NCBI GenBank assembly: GCA_033854115.1
Contig: JAWOKS010000035.1
Span: 4,341-68,340, forward strand
Direction of reading: 5' to 3'
DNA: 64,000 bases
Source: Thermoplasmata archaeon
GTDB taxonomy: Archaea > Thermoplasmatota > Thermoplasmata > Lutacidiplasmatales > UBA184
Positions within the stretch are counted from its first letter, which is position 1, and each line of letters opens with the position of its first letter. The notes under the pieces were generated by a model that did no database searches, was not told the origin of the DNA, and worked only from the letters and a program-made list of their open reading frames with translations. The translations under genes were made by a program, and so were the position numbers. This document shows, piece by piece, positions 37,119-46,131 of this stretch.

Positions 37119-37700
37119 CTAGGCCGATGAGCTCTCGCCCGGCCTTCCGAGCGGGGCGGACGGGCGGCCCGACGCTGGCTCGGACGCCTCGGTCGCCGCG
37201 GGGGCGGGCGGGCGCTCCTCGGTCGCGCGGCGCGCCCACTCGACCCAGCGGCGGGGCATCTCTCGGAGGTTCGAGAGCAGGGCGAGGACGAGCAGGAGGC
37301 CGAAGAGCGCCGTCGCGATCGCGAGGTGGACGAGGACGAGCTCGACGCGGAGGTCGCTCTCCACGACCCACCCTCCAAGGAGCGCCTCGCCCGTGACGAG
37401 CGCGAGGGCGGCGAGCGCGAGGCCGAGGAGGACCGGCCGGTGCCGCTCGTAGAGGCCCCCGAGGACCGTGAGGGCGAGGACCGCGAGCCCGAGGAAGAAC
37501 GCCGCGACCCGGTGGCTCCACTCGACCGCCGCGGCCCCGTCGAACGCAGGAAGGAGGTTGCCGTTGTTGTAGCAGGTCGGCCAGTGGGGGCAGCCGAGGC
37601 CGTCGCCGTTGACCATGACGGTCCCGCCGAGGAGGATCGTGGAGTAGCAGAGGAGCGCGGCGACGAGCGACGCCGCGCGGAAGAGGTCGTGCCCGCGCAT
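37119..37700 (-). CDS. ctaA: Heme A synthase, compact four-helix archaeal form
   Basis: 193 aa with 4 TM helices, Cys pair GLGCPHWPTC, and conserved His residues in EWSHRV and LVHLAIA. Confidence 0.75.
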   Translation of the reverse strand: MRGHDLFRAASLVAALLCYSTILLGGTVMVNGDGLGCPHWPTCYNNGNLLPAFDGAAAVEWSHRVAAFFLGLAVLALTVLGGLYERHRPVLLGLALAALALVTGEALLGGWVVESDLRVELVLVHLAIATALFGLLLVLALLSNLREMPRRWVEWARRATEERPPAPAATEASEPASGRPSAPLGRPGESSSA

Positions 37701-37707
37701 CGTCCTC

Positions 37708-39384
37708 CTACGGGGACTCCCCCGGCGCCGCGGTCGGCACCGGCGTGGGCGCCCGGGACGGGAGCGGGGCGGCCGCGGGCCCGACCATCGTGGAGGGGAG
37801 CGGCTCGCCCCAGGGATCGGCGACGGTCACGGGCTCGCCCGCGAAGTAGGAGTAGACGATGTTGTAGAGGAAGACGAGCTGGCCGATCCCGAAGATGTAG
37901 GCGCCGAGGGTCGCGGCGAAGTTGAGCGCCTGGAAGTTCCCGGCCCAGAGGTAGGTGTAGACCCGGCGCGGCATCCCCTCCGCCCCGAGGATGAACATCG
38001 GGAAGAGGAGGAGGTTCACGCCCACGTAGGTGAGGAGGAAGTGGACGTGGCCGAGCCGCTGGTCGTACCAGCGGCGGGTCAGGATCGGGAAGTAGAAGTA
38101 GATCGCCGCGAAGATCGCCATCAGCGTCCCGCCGAGCAGGATGTAGTGGAAGTGGGCCACGACGAAGTACGTCCCGTGGTAGAGGTAGTCGATCGGGATC
38201 GAGGCGAGGAGGAGCCCCGAGAGGCCCCCGATGACGAACCCGGTGATGAACGCGACGCTGAACCACATCGGGACGGCCATCCAGATCCGGCCACCCCAGA
38301 GCGTCGCGACCCAGTTGAACGTCTTGACCGCGCTCGGGACCGCGATCGCCATCGTCGAGAGCATGAAGACGAACCGGACGTTCGTCGCGATCCCCGTGAC
38401 GAACATGTGGTGCTCCCAGACGGCGAACGAGAGCACCGCGAAGACCCCGAGCGAGATCGCCATCGCCCCGTAGCCGTAGATGTCCTTGCGGGCGAGCTTC
38501 GGGACGATCGTCGAGATGAGGCCGAACGCCGGCAGGACCATGATGTAGACCTCGGGGTGCGCGAAGAACCAGAAGATGTTCTGGTAGAGGAGCGCCCCGC
38601 CGAGGGGCGTGCCGTTCGCCGCCGCGAGGATGTGCGTGCCGAACAGGCGGTCCGAGAGGATCATCGTGAGCCCGACCGAGAGGCTCGGGAGCGCGAAGAT
38701 GAGCAGGACCGAGTTGATGAGGGTCGCCCAGACGAACAGCGGCATGTTCCAGTAGTGCACGCCGGGCGCCCGGTGCTTGAGGATCGTGACGAGGAAGTTC
38801 ACGGCCCCGAGCATCGAGGAGATCGTGAGGATGTGGAGCCCGAGGATCCAGAGGTCGATCCCGTTCCCCGGGAGGTCGACGGAGAGGGGCACGTAGCCGG
38901 TCCAGCCCGCGTTCGCGTTGGAGAGGAGCAGGATGATTCCCGCGGGCGGGATCAGCCAGAACGCGATCGCGTTGATCCGCGGGAGGGCCATCTCCCGCGA
39001 GCCGATCATCGAGGGGACGAGGAGGTTCCCGAACCCGGCGAGGGTCGGGATGATGAACATGAAGATCATCAGCACCCCGTGCATCGTGAACAGGGTCGAG
39101 TAGACGTCCGGTGAGATCCCGAGGGTCGTCTGGGGGTCGAGGCCGAGGCCCTGGACGAACCCGAGGTCGGTGCGGATGAGGACCGCGTAGATCCCGCCGA
39201 TGAAGAAGAACAGCATCCCGGTCGCGATGTACATGAGGCCGATGCGGCGGTGGTCGGTCGTGAACAGCCAGAGGCCGATCTTGCGGACGAGCCACGCGCC
39301 CCGGTAGCCGAGGACGCCGAGGAGGAACGCGGCGAACGCCGCGATGAGGACGATCTCGACCTCGACCGTGAGGAGCGTGCTCAC
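37708..39384 (-). CDS. coxA: Heme-copper oxidase subunit I
   Basis: [20 protein letters not shown] and GMPRR motifs. GTG start. Confidence 0.95.
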   Translation of the reverse strand: MSTLLTVEVEIVLIAAFAAFLLGVLGYRGAWLVRKIGLWLFTTDHRRIGLMYIATGMLFFFIGGIYAVLIRTDLGFVQGLGLDPQTTLGISPDVYSTLFTMHGVLMIFMFIIPTLAGFGNLLVPSMIGSREMALPRINAIAFWLIPPAGIILLLSNANAGWTGYVPLSVDLPGNGIDLWILGLHILTISSMLGAVNFLVTILKHRAPGVHYWNMPLFVWATLINSVLLIFALPSLSVGLTMILSDRLFGTHILAAANGTPLGGALLYQNIFWFFAHPEVYIMVLPAFGLISTIVPKLARKDIYGYGAMAISLGVFAVLSFAVWEHHMFVTGIATNVRFVFMLSTMAIAVPSAVKTFNWVATLWGGRIWMAVPMWFSVAFITGFVIGGLSGLLLASIPIDYLYHGTYFVVAHFHYILLGGTLMAIFAAIYFYFPILTRRWYDQRLGHVHFLLTYVGVNLLLFPMFILGAEGMPRRVYTYLWAGNFQALNFAATLGAYIFGIGQLVFLYNIVYSYFAGEPVTVADPWGEPLPSTMVGPAAAPLPSRAPTPVPTAAPGESP

Positions 39385-39400
39385 GCTCGCGCCTCCCGGC

Positions 39401-39769
39401 TCATGTGAGGAGCCCTCCGATGAGGAAGGCGATGCCCGCGAGCGCGAGAGCGACGACCAGCGCCTGGAGCACCCGCACCCAGGCTTCCGTCGTGATCGGG
39501 GCGCGCGGGCCCGGGCGGTACCGGCGTCCGAGCGGCCAGACGCGGTAGGTGCGGTCCGCGATGTGGAAGAGGACGGCGCCCATGAGCGCCATCAGCCCGA
39601 CCGCGAGGCCGAACGACTCGTTCGCCCCGGGGCTCGTGAGCGGCCCGAGCCGGATCGTGTACGCGACCAGGACCGCGATGCCGACGAGCATCAGCACCGT
39701 CATCGCGGCGTAGAGGTCGAGCGTCCGGCGCTGGAGCGCGGCGAGGTCGGGCTCGGCGGGGCTACTCAA
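39401..39769 (-). CDS. Hypothetical 3-TM membrane protein in the oxidase operon
   Basis: 122 aa with a TTG start that overlaps the upstream ORF stop by 8 nt. No recognised motif. Confidence 0.5.
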   Translation of the reverse strand: MSSPAEPDLAALQRRTLDLYAAMTVLMLVGIAVLVAYTIRLGPLTSPGANESFGLAVGLMALMGAVLFHIADRTYRVWPLGRRYRPGPRAPITTEAWVRVLQALVVALALAGIAFLIGGLLT

Positions 39770-40034
39770 AGAGCCTCACCCTCCGCTGGGCCGCCCCGCG
39801 CCGCCGGTCGACCCGGTAGAGAACGCCGAGCATGAACAGGAACGCGAGGAACGCGACGACCGCCCCGAACCCCGAGACGAGCCCGGCGATCAGGCTCCCG
39901 TCGAGCGCGCCGAGGAGACCGTAGACGAACGTCGCGAGCCCGACCGCCCCGAAGAGGAGGAGGAGGGCGAGCACGCCCCACAGCACGCCGTTCCCACGCC
40001 CGGGGGGCGCGGCCGGGGCTCCGCCGTCACTCAT
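39762..40034 (-). CDS. Hypothetical 2-TM membrane protein in the oxidase operon
   Basis: 90 aa with an ATG start that overlaps the cyt b stop by 8 nt. Confidence 0.5.
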   Translation of the reverse strand: MSDGGAPAAPPGRGNGVLWGVLALLLLFGAVGLATFVYGLLGALDGSLIAGLVSGFGAVVAFLAFLFMLGVLYRVDRRRGAAQRRVRLFE

Positions 40035-41385
40035 GGGGCGCGGCCTCCGTCGTCGTGAGGGGAGCGGGGCCGGGAGCGGCCGGCGTCCGGCCGTAGACGC
40101 CCGGAAGGCCCGCGGCGCGCGCGGCGAGCCGGCGGCGGTAGGTGCGCGCGTACCGCAGATGGAAGAGCAGCACGACCAGCCCGTTCACGAGGAAGATCGG
40201 ACCGACGGTCGTCGCGACGGCCATCGGGGCGATCTCGACGCCCGGCGTCTCGCCGCCCCAGACCGTCATCAGGACGAAGAAGCCGAGGAGCGACGTCCCG
40301 AGCCACATGAAGAACGGGCGGTCGCGCGGGTGCGTCCGCTTCGACCGGTCGAGGAACGGCAGGAAGAGAACGAACAGGAGGAGGACGGTCGTCACGGCGA
40401 TCGCGAGAACGGGCGTCACGCCCTGGAAGTCGACGAGCTTGAACAGCCAGAGGAAGTACCAATCCGGCTCGGTGACCCCGGGCGAAACCGCGAGATTCCC
40501 GACGTACGTCGGGAGGTCCCATGGCCACAGCGCCGCGATCCCGAAGAGGACCCCGACGTAGAGCAGCGCCCACTTGCCGATGTAGAACAGGATGTGGGGC
40601 ATGAACGGCACGTGAGTCTTCGCCTCCTTCTCCGTGAAGCGGCGGCGCTGGAGGGGGTCGGAGGAGGCGGCAGGGGCGATCCCGTGCGACTCGAACAGCG
40701 CGATGTGAGCGTAGAGGAGCGCGCCGAGGGCGACCGGCAAGAGGAGCACGTGGGCGTCGAACATCCGGGAGAGGAGCCCCTGGGGCGTCCCGTCCCCAAG
40801 GATCAACGGGCCGAGGAGCGGGCCGACGGTCGGGAGGCGGAGCGCGAGGACGAGCCCGACGTTCGTCGCGTTGAGCGAGATCTGGGTGTACGGCAGGAGA
40901 TAGCCGGTGAAGCCCATCCCCATGGTCACGACCATGAGGAGCGTCCCGACCATCCAGGAGAACTCGCGCGGCGCCTTGTAGACGCCGAGGTAGTAGCCCC
41001 GGAAGAAGTGGACGAACATGAGGAAGATCATCGCGTAGGCGCCGTAGAGATGGGTCGTGAGCAGGAGCGAGCCCATCGGCACGGAATGGATGATGTAGTA
41101 GGTCGAGCACCAAGCGGCCGGGGCCGGGGAGAGCGAGCCGACCGTCTGCCCGCAGGCGGTGTACGTGGCGTTGGTCGCCGTGCTGGGCTGGTAGTAGAGG
41201 AGCAGCAGGGCGCCCGAGAGGACCTGGTAGAAGAAGGCGTTCGCGACGAACGCCCCGGTCCAGTACGACGGCTGGAAGCTGAACTCGGGCTGGGGCCGCA
41301 GCGCCCAGCGCCGCATCGAGGTCCGGTCCTCGACGAACCCCCAGATGCGGTTGAGGGTGCGGTTGTACCATCGCGTGAACCCCAC
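40027..41385 (-). CDS. Cytochrome b (bc-complex type, N- and C-terminal parts fused)
   Basis: 452 aa. Heme-ligand His pairs THLYGAYAMIFLMFVH and AHVLLLPVALGALLYAH. Confidence 0.88.
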   Translation of the reverse strand: MGFTRWYNRTLNRIWGFVEDRTSMRRWALRPQPEFSFQPSYWTGAFVANAFFYQVLSGALLLLYYQPSTATNATYTACGQTVGSLSPAPAAWCSTYYIIHSVPMGSLLLTTHLYGAYAMIFLMFVHFFRGYYLGVYKAPREFSWMVGTLLMVVTMGMGFTGYLLPYTQISLNATNVGLVLALRLPTVGPLLGPLILGDGTPQGLLSRMFDAHVLLLPVALGALLYAHIALFESHGIAPAASSDPLQRRRFTEKEAKTHVPFMPHILFYIGKWALLYVGVLFGIAALWPWDLPTYVGNLAVSPGVTEPDWYFLWLFKLVDFQGVTPVLAIAVTTVLLLFVLFLPFLDRSKRTHPRDRPFFMWLGTSLLGFFVLMTVWGGETPGVEIAPMAVATTVGPIFLVNGLVVLLFHLRYARTYRRRLAARAAGLPGVYGRTPAAPGPAPLTTTEAAPHE

Positions 41386-41397
41386 GAGCCGGTCCTC

Positions 41398-42240
41398 CTA
41401 GGCGGACGGGAAACTGCAGAGAGGAGGGATCGGCGTCTCCTTGACCAGCTGGCTCGTCGGGCCGACGCTGTAGTCGCCCTGGAGCGTGTTGAGGTGCCCG
41501 TTCACCGGGGGGCCCTCGACCGAGACGGCGAAGATGTTCCCGCTCTTCGTGTCCGGGCCGTCGGTCGTGAGGATGACCTGGGGCAACGGCAGCACGGCCG
41601 GTCCCGTCAGGTTCGCCGCCTTGTTCGTGGGGTCGTAGGTCGAACCGTGGCAGGAACAGTGAAGGTAGTAGTTCCGGCCGTTGAAGCTCGTGGCCGGGCA
41701 CGATCCCGGCGGGTAGTACGAGAGCGCGGGCGCCGGACAGCCCAAGTGCTGGCAGATCGCGCTGTAGGCGACGATCGAGCCGTTCGAGCCGATCCCGTTG
41801 GGGAGGTTCTCGGCGCCGGTGGCGTAGTCCGGCGGAGTCGGCGCACCGCTCGCGGGGTAGAGGTTCAGGAGGAAGTTCGGCTCGTTGCGCAACGGGTAGT
41901 TGAAGATGTAGAGGTCGGGGGTACTGACATTGTACTCGGCTTCGACCTTGGCGACGGTGAGGGGCGAACCGTCCACGTCGAACAGCTGGGTGCGTGGGTA
42001 CGACGCGATCCCGACGATGGGGGGCTGCACGTACTGGAGGGCGCCCCCGACCGCACCCCCGACCCCGACCCCGAGCACCCCGGCGACCGCGGCCAGCTTG
42101 AGCAGGTTGCGCTTCGTCTCGTCGACCTCGCCCTCGACCGCGGCGACGCGGCGAAGGTAGCCGGGGGGAAGGCCGAGGCGGCTCGCGGCCGTCGCCTGGG
42201 CCATCGGGCAGGTCCGCGAGCAGTCGCGGTCCCCCATCAT
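41398..42240 (-). CDS. Rieske [2Fe-2S] protein
   Basis: CQHLGC and CSCHGS boxes. N-terminal KRNLLKLAAVAG is Tat-like, followed by a TM anchor. Confidence 0.9.
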   Translation of the reverse strand: MMGDRDCSRTCPMAQATAASRLGLPPGYLRRVAAVEGEVDETKRNLLKLAAVAGVLGVGVGGAVGGALQYVQPPIVGIASYPRTQLFDVDGSPLTVAKVEAEYNVSTPDLYIFNYPLRNEPNFLLNLYPASGAPTPPDYATGAENLPNGIGSNGSIVAYSAICQHLGCPAPALSYYPPGSCPATSFNGRNYYLHCSCHGSTYDPTNKAANLTGPAVLPLPQVILTTDGPDTKSGNIFAVSVEGPPVNGHLNTLQGDYSVGPTSQLVKETPIPPLCSFPSA

Positions 42241-42425
42241 GCGAGCGTCCTCCCCTCGGTATCGGGCAGGGCGTCGTCGGCCTCGCCCGGGGCGGGCACT
42301 GCCGCTTCGCCCGGGAGCTCCGCCGCCTCGCTGTCGTGGTAGACCGCCCAGATGATCGCGATCCCGCCGACCATCACCGCGATCTCGGTGAGGGTCACGA
42401 TCTGCTCGGGGGAGAGGGTGCTCAT
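42237..42425 (-). CDS. Small single-TM protein (62 aa) coupled to the Rieske gene
   Basis: MSTLSPEQIVTLTEIAVMVGGIAIIWAVYH... with ATGA overlaps at both ends. Confidence 0.5.
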   Translation of the reverse strand: MSTLSPEQIVTLTEIAVMVGGIAIIWAVYHDSEAAELPGEAAVPAPGEADDALPDTEGRTLA

Positions 42426-42814
42426 CGCACGGCCTCCTGGGGAACGAACGCCCCGTCCGCGGTCGTCGCCCACGTCGAGACCGGGGAGCCGCCGGTCCAC
42501 GGCCACCCTGGAGGAGGAGGGGGGCTCACGGGCGGGGCGGGCGGGATGCGGGCGACCGCGGCCGGGATGCCCCGACCGCCCGCCGGCCCGGCGTCCAGGC
42601 CGAGGAGCGAAGCGCGCACCGAGCCGGAGGGCCCGAGCGGGGCCGGCAGCTCCGCCGCCCGGGCCACCTCGCTCCAGAGCTCCTCCTTGAGGCGGAGCGC
42701 ACGGCCGTACCAGCGGCCGAGCGTGCGGAGGACGGCGGCGTTGTTCCGGCCGAAGAGGAGGAACGCGCCGACGGACAGGAGGATGATCCAGTCGATGTCC
42801 GAGAAGAGCGCCAT
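42422..42814 (-). CDS. TatA/TatB-family Sec-independent translocase component (long form)
   Basis: N-terminal TM plus amphipathic helix: DWIILLSVGAFLLFGRNNAAVLRTLGRWYGRAL. Confidence 0.7.
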   Translation of the reverse strand: MALFSDIDWIILLSVGAFLLFGRNNAAVLRTLGRWYGRALRLKEELWSEVARAAELPAPLGPSGSVRASLLGLDAGPAGGRGIPAAVARIPPAPPVSPPPPPGWPWTGGSPVSTWATTADGAFVPQEAVR

Positions 42815-42822
42815 CGGCTAGG

Positions 42823-43656
42823 TCACCCTCCCAGGACGGCGGGCGGCGGACCCGGCCTCGGCTCGCGCCGACGCTCCCAGCGGGAGGCGAAGTACGCTCC
42901 GCCGAAGTAGAGGGCGATCATCGGCGCGGCGACGAGGAGCATCGTGATCCCGGAATTGTCGGGCGTCACGACCATGCCGAAGACGAGCGCGCCCAGGACC
43001 GCGCCCCGCCAGTGCTTGCGCCAGGCCGTCGCGCGGACGACCCCGAGGCGCGTGAGCGCGTAGAGGAAGACCGGCAGCTCGAAGACGACCCCGAACGCGA
43101 TCGAATAGAGGAGCGTGAACGTGACGAAGTCCTGGATGCCGAGGTTGGGCGCGAGGCCCATCGCCGCGACGTACTCGAACAGGAGCCGGTACGTGAGCGG
43201 CGTGAGGAGCCAGAGGCCCATCGCGAGGCCGACCGCGAACAGTGCGCTCGCCGGCACGCCGATCTCGCGGAGGAGCGCGCGCTCGTTGCGGCGGAGCGCG
43301 GGCACGAGGAACGCCCCGACCTCGTGGACGATCCAGGGCATGCCCACGATCAGGGTGAGGAGGAGACCAATCTCCATCTGGGCGACGATCGAGTCCCCGA
43401 CCCCGACGTTGAGGAGCGTGACGCCGGGGGGCAGCATCCAGCGGACCATCGCCCGGAAGACCTGCGCGGTGATGTTGTAGAACGGGCTCGGCCAGGGGTA
43501 GGCGAGCGGCACGACGACCCCCGCGAGGGTCCCCCGGAACGGGACGAGCTCGAACGTGAGGAGGAAGCCGAAGATCGCGGCGAGCACGATCCCGATCCGG
43601 ACGAGGCGGCGGCGGGCCTCGGTGAGGATCGCGAGGATCCGGTCGAGATCCCCCAT
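42823..43656 (-). CDS. tatC: Twin-arginine translocase subunit TatC
   Basis: 277 aa with 6 TM helices and the typical TatC pattern (FRAMVRWMLPPG, GAFLVPAL, FELPV). Confidence 0.9.
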   Translation of the reverse strand: MGDLDRILAILTEARRRLVRIGIVLAAIFGFLLTFELVPFRGTLAGVVVPLAYPWPSPFYNITAQVFRAMVRWMLPPGVTLLNVGVGDSIVAQMEIGLLLTLIVGMPWIVHEVGAFLVPALRRNERALLREIGVPASALFAVGLAMGLWLLTPLTYRLLFEYVAAMGLAPNLGIQDFVTFTLLYSIAFGVVFELPVFLYALTRLGVVRATAWRKHWRGAVLGALVFGMVVTPDNSGITMLLVAAPMIALYFGGAYFASRWERRREPRPGPPPAVLGG

Positions 43657-43756
43657 CGGTCACCTCGACCCCTCCGACGCGGCGGACGAGCGCCCGCGCG
43701 AGCGCGCCGCGTGGTCCCGCGTCGGTCCCATGACCCTCGGGAATCCGGCGCGAGCG

Positions 43757-43963
43757 CTAGCGGGGGGCACCCGTCGACGGGGGGTTCGGGGCCGGGGTGG
43801 CCTGCTCGGCCTTGAGCTCCTGCTCCACCTCGAGCCGCCCGCGCTTGAACTCCCCGACCGACCGGCCGAGGCTCCGGGCCAGCTGCGGGATCTTGCTGGA
43901 TCCGTAGAACAGGATCCCCGCCACCACCGCGATGATCAGCCAGTCGTCGAGCGAGTCGAACAT
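43757..43963 (-). CDS. tatA: Twin-arginine translocase subunit TatA
   Basis: 68 aa: MFDSLDDWLIIAVVAGILFYGSSKIPQLARSLGRSVGEFKRG. ATG 43963 lies inside a longer spurious track ORF. Confidence 0.85.
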   Translation of the reverse strand: MFDSLDDWLIIAVVAGILFYGSSKIPQLARSLGRSVGEFKRGRLEVEQELKAEQATPAPNPPSTGAPR

Positions 43964-44118
43964 CGCCGTCCTCCGAGCGACCAGCCGGGTTCGGACGATA
44001 TGGCGTTCGTACGGGAGGACCTCACTCGTGCGAACGGTCCGGACCCGGAGCAGATAAACCCGGGTCGAAGGATCGCCCGAATCCCCGACCCATCGTCCCC
44101 ACCGGCCGCAGGGGCACG

Positions 44119-45162
44119 CTACGCGGCTTCGACGAGGATCGTCTCGTTGCCCGCGGCGACCGCCCGGTCGATCGCGACCTCGGCGAGGAGCAGGAGGGTC
44201 GTCTCCGACCGTTCCAGCAGGTGCGCGGCCAGGCGGGCCGACGTCGGGCCGCGCGGGGCGGAACCGGGGCGCCGGCCCACCGCGCCGGGGCGCTTCGAGC
44301 CCGGGGCGGCCTGGTAGATCTCGCACGCGTCCTCGAGCGAGCGATGCATGAGCGCGTCGACGATCTCCTTGAGGCGGCCCTTGAGCTCGGGCAGGCGGGT
44401 CGTGAGGGTCGAAGCGACCTCCTCGCCGAGCTTCTCGGCGTCCCCGTTCAGGAGCCCGAGCGCCTCGTCGTAGGTCGACGCGAGCTCCTCGAGGGCGTGG
44501 ACCACGACCCGCCACTCGAGGAGCTGGCGCGGGTCGGGGCTGCCGATTCGCCGCGCGAGCGACCAGTCGCGGCTCGCGAGGACGAGCTGGCGGACGAGGA
44601 GCGAGAGGACCTTCTTCGCCTCCTCCTCGAGGGTAGCTCCGCGCCGGCTCCGGGCGCGCCGCCGCACGATCTCCTCCATCTCCTCGAGGAAGGCGATCAG
44701 GATCATCTTCATCCTCGCGACCAGTTGCGGCAGGCCGTACTTCGACGGGTCGATGAAGTTCTGGAGCACGACCCGGTTCGGTTCCTGGGCGACGACCGAG
44801 ACCCCGAGCAGCCCGCGGGCGGCCTCCACGACCTCCTCGACCCGCTCGGGGCCGAGCGCGACGTCGGTCCGGATCTCGATGGCGTCGTGGCCAACGCGGT
44901 AGGCGCCGACGATCAGGCGCTCGAGGAGGCCGGGCGTGTCGAACGCCCGGGCCTGGACGAGGTATGGGAGAGCCCCGCCGGCGGCTCCGGGCGTCGGCGC
45001 GGGCTTGAGGAAGAGGGTCCCGTCATCGTTCTGGTCGAAGACGACGAGGTCCCCCGGGCGGAGGTTCATCGCTTCGGCCCACGGTTTGGGGAGGGTGACG
45101 GCGATCGAGGAGTGTCCAGCCTTCAGGACGCGGCGCTCGCGATTGGGGGTCCCCCAAGCCAT
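44119..45162 (-). CDS. AbrB/SpoVT DNA-binding domain fused to PhoU-like domains (archaeal phosphate-uptake-regulator-type)
   Basis: N-terminal SSIAVTLPKPWAEAMNLRPGDLVVF swapped-hairpin motif followed by helical PhoU-like repeats. Confidence 0.8.
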   Translation of the reverse strand: MAWGTPNRERRVLKAGHSSIAVTLPKPWAEAMNLRPGDLVVFDQNDDGTLFLKPAPTPGAAGGALPYLVQARAFDTPGLLERLIVGAYRVGHDAIEIRTDVALGPERVEEVVEAARGLLGVSVVAQEPNRVVLQNFIDPSKYGLPQLVARMKMILIAFLEEMEEIVRRRARSRRGATLEEEAKKVLSLLVRQLVLASRDWSLARRIGSPDPRQLLEWRVVVHALEELASTYDEALGLLNGDAEKLGEEVASTLTTRLPELKGRLKEIVDALMHRSLEDACEIYQAAPGSKRPGAVGRRPGSAPRGPTSARLAAHLLERSETTLLLLAEVAIDRAVAAGNETILVEAA

Positions 45163-45172
45163 CGTGGGTCTC

Positions 45173-45192
45173 CGAACCTACTACGAGGTTCG
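45173..45192. promoter_or_regulatory. Inverted repeat CGAACCT-N6-AGGTTCG, candidate operator in front of the AbrB/PhoU gene
   Basis: Perfect 7-bp arms located 11-30 nt upstream of ATG 45162. A third GAACCT copy is at 45217-45222 next to an A/T run. Confidence 0.45.
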
Positions 45193-45248
45193 TAGCTCAT
45201 GCCGCCTTCGCTTTTTGAACCTTGTGTTGGGATTTCGCCGGCGCTCCG

Positions 45249-45974
45249 TCAGGAGCTCGGGGGGGCGCGCGGCGGGGTCGGGGGGACCGGGGCGGGGGAG
45301 CTCGGTTCCGGGTAGCCGAGCCGCTCGGGGGGCATCTCGTGCTCCGCGCCGCGCCGCCGCCCGATCACGAACCCGAGGACGATCGCGAGCACGGTGAGGC
45401 TCACGATCGTGCCTACGATGATGAACACCGCCATCCCCGGACCCGAAGGTCCTCCGCTCACCGTGAGGTTCGCGGGGAGGTCCTCGCCGAACGCGATGAA
45501 CCCGTACATGTCCTGGCCCGTGCTGGGCGCGAAGTGGCCCGGCTCCATGCAGAAGAACTCGTACCAGCCCGCGGTCGCCGGGGTCGTGAAGCTCGCCGTG
45601 TAGGTCTTCGTCTCGTTCGCGGTGATGTTCACGAGAACGCCGTACGTGTGCACGAGCACGTCGAGGTCGTGCGTCGAAGCGGTCGACGGCACCACGTACC
45701 CTTCGCGGTCGAGGATCGTGAACGTGTGCGGCAGGGTGTCGGCGTTGGTGAAGTTCACGGTGAGCGTCACCCCCTTCGGCACCATCTCGATCCGCGACGG
45801 ATCGAACGTGAACGGGGACTTCGCGGTCACGTCGAGGCCCGTGGCCGCGCCGACCTGAACGGGACCGGCGGGGGCGGCTTGGACGCCTACCCCCGCTGCG
45901 AACCCGGGAAGGAGGAGGAGGAGCGCGGCGCCGACGGCCGTTATGATCGTCCGGCCGTGGGTCGAGCTCCTCAT
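45249..45974 (-). CDS. Membrane-anchored type-1 (blue) copper protein, sulfocyanin/rusticyanin-like
   Basis: Signal peptide, PHTF His ligand, YEFFCMEPGHFAPSTGQDMYG, and a C-terminal TM anchor. ATG 45974 lies inside track ORF 45249-46229. Confidence 0.8.
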   Translation of the reverse strand: MRSSTHGRTIITAVGAALLLLLPGFAAGVGVQAAPAGPVQVGAATGLDVTAKSPFTFDPSRIEMVPKGVTLTVNFTNADTLPHTFTILDREGYVVPSTASTHDLDVLVHTYGVLVNITANETKTYTASFTTPATAGWYEFFCMEPGHFAPSTGQDMYGFIAFGEDLPANLTVSGGPSGPGMAVFIIVGTIVSLTVLAIVLGFVIGRRRGAEHEMPPERLGYPEPSSPAPVPPTPPRAPPSS

Positions 45975-46100
45975 GCCCTCTCGCCAGCTCCGACGCCCGA
46001 CCGCACCTCGGACCGCGTTCAAAGCGCCTCCGTACGTACGGTCTCGCGCGAACCGGTCCCGCTGCGGTTCGACCGGGCGGTCCTGCGGTAAGAACGCGGG

Positions 46101-46110
46101 CGATAAGAAC
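46101..46110 (+). promoter_or_regulatory. TATA-like box for the coxII unit (leaderless geometry)
   Basis: cgataagaac centred about 27 nt upstream of ATG 46132. Confidence 0.45.
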
Positions 46111-46131
46111 GGGCACCGGCCCCGTCCTAGC

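Noticed and set aside
35009-39295. 1428-aa ORF on the minus strand spanning tRNA-Pro, ctaB, ctaA and coxI. Similar giants occur at 7578-10340, 24780-26948, 27174-29285 and 46804-48648.
   Set aside because: It is out of frame relative to strongly conserved membrane proteins, has Arg/Pro-rich nonsense composition, and even reads through a tRNA gene.
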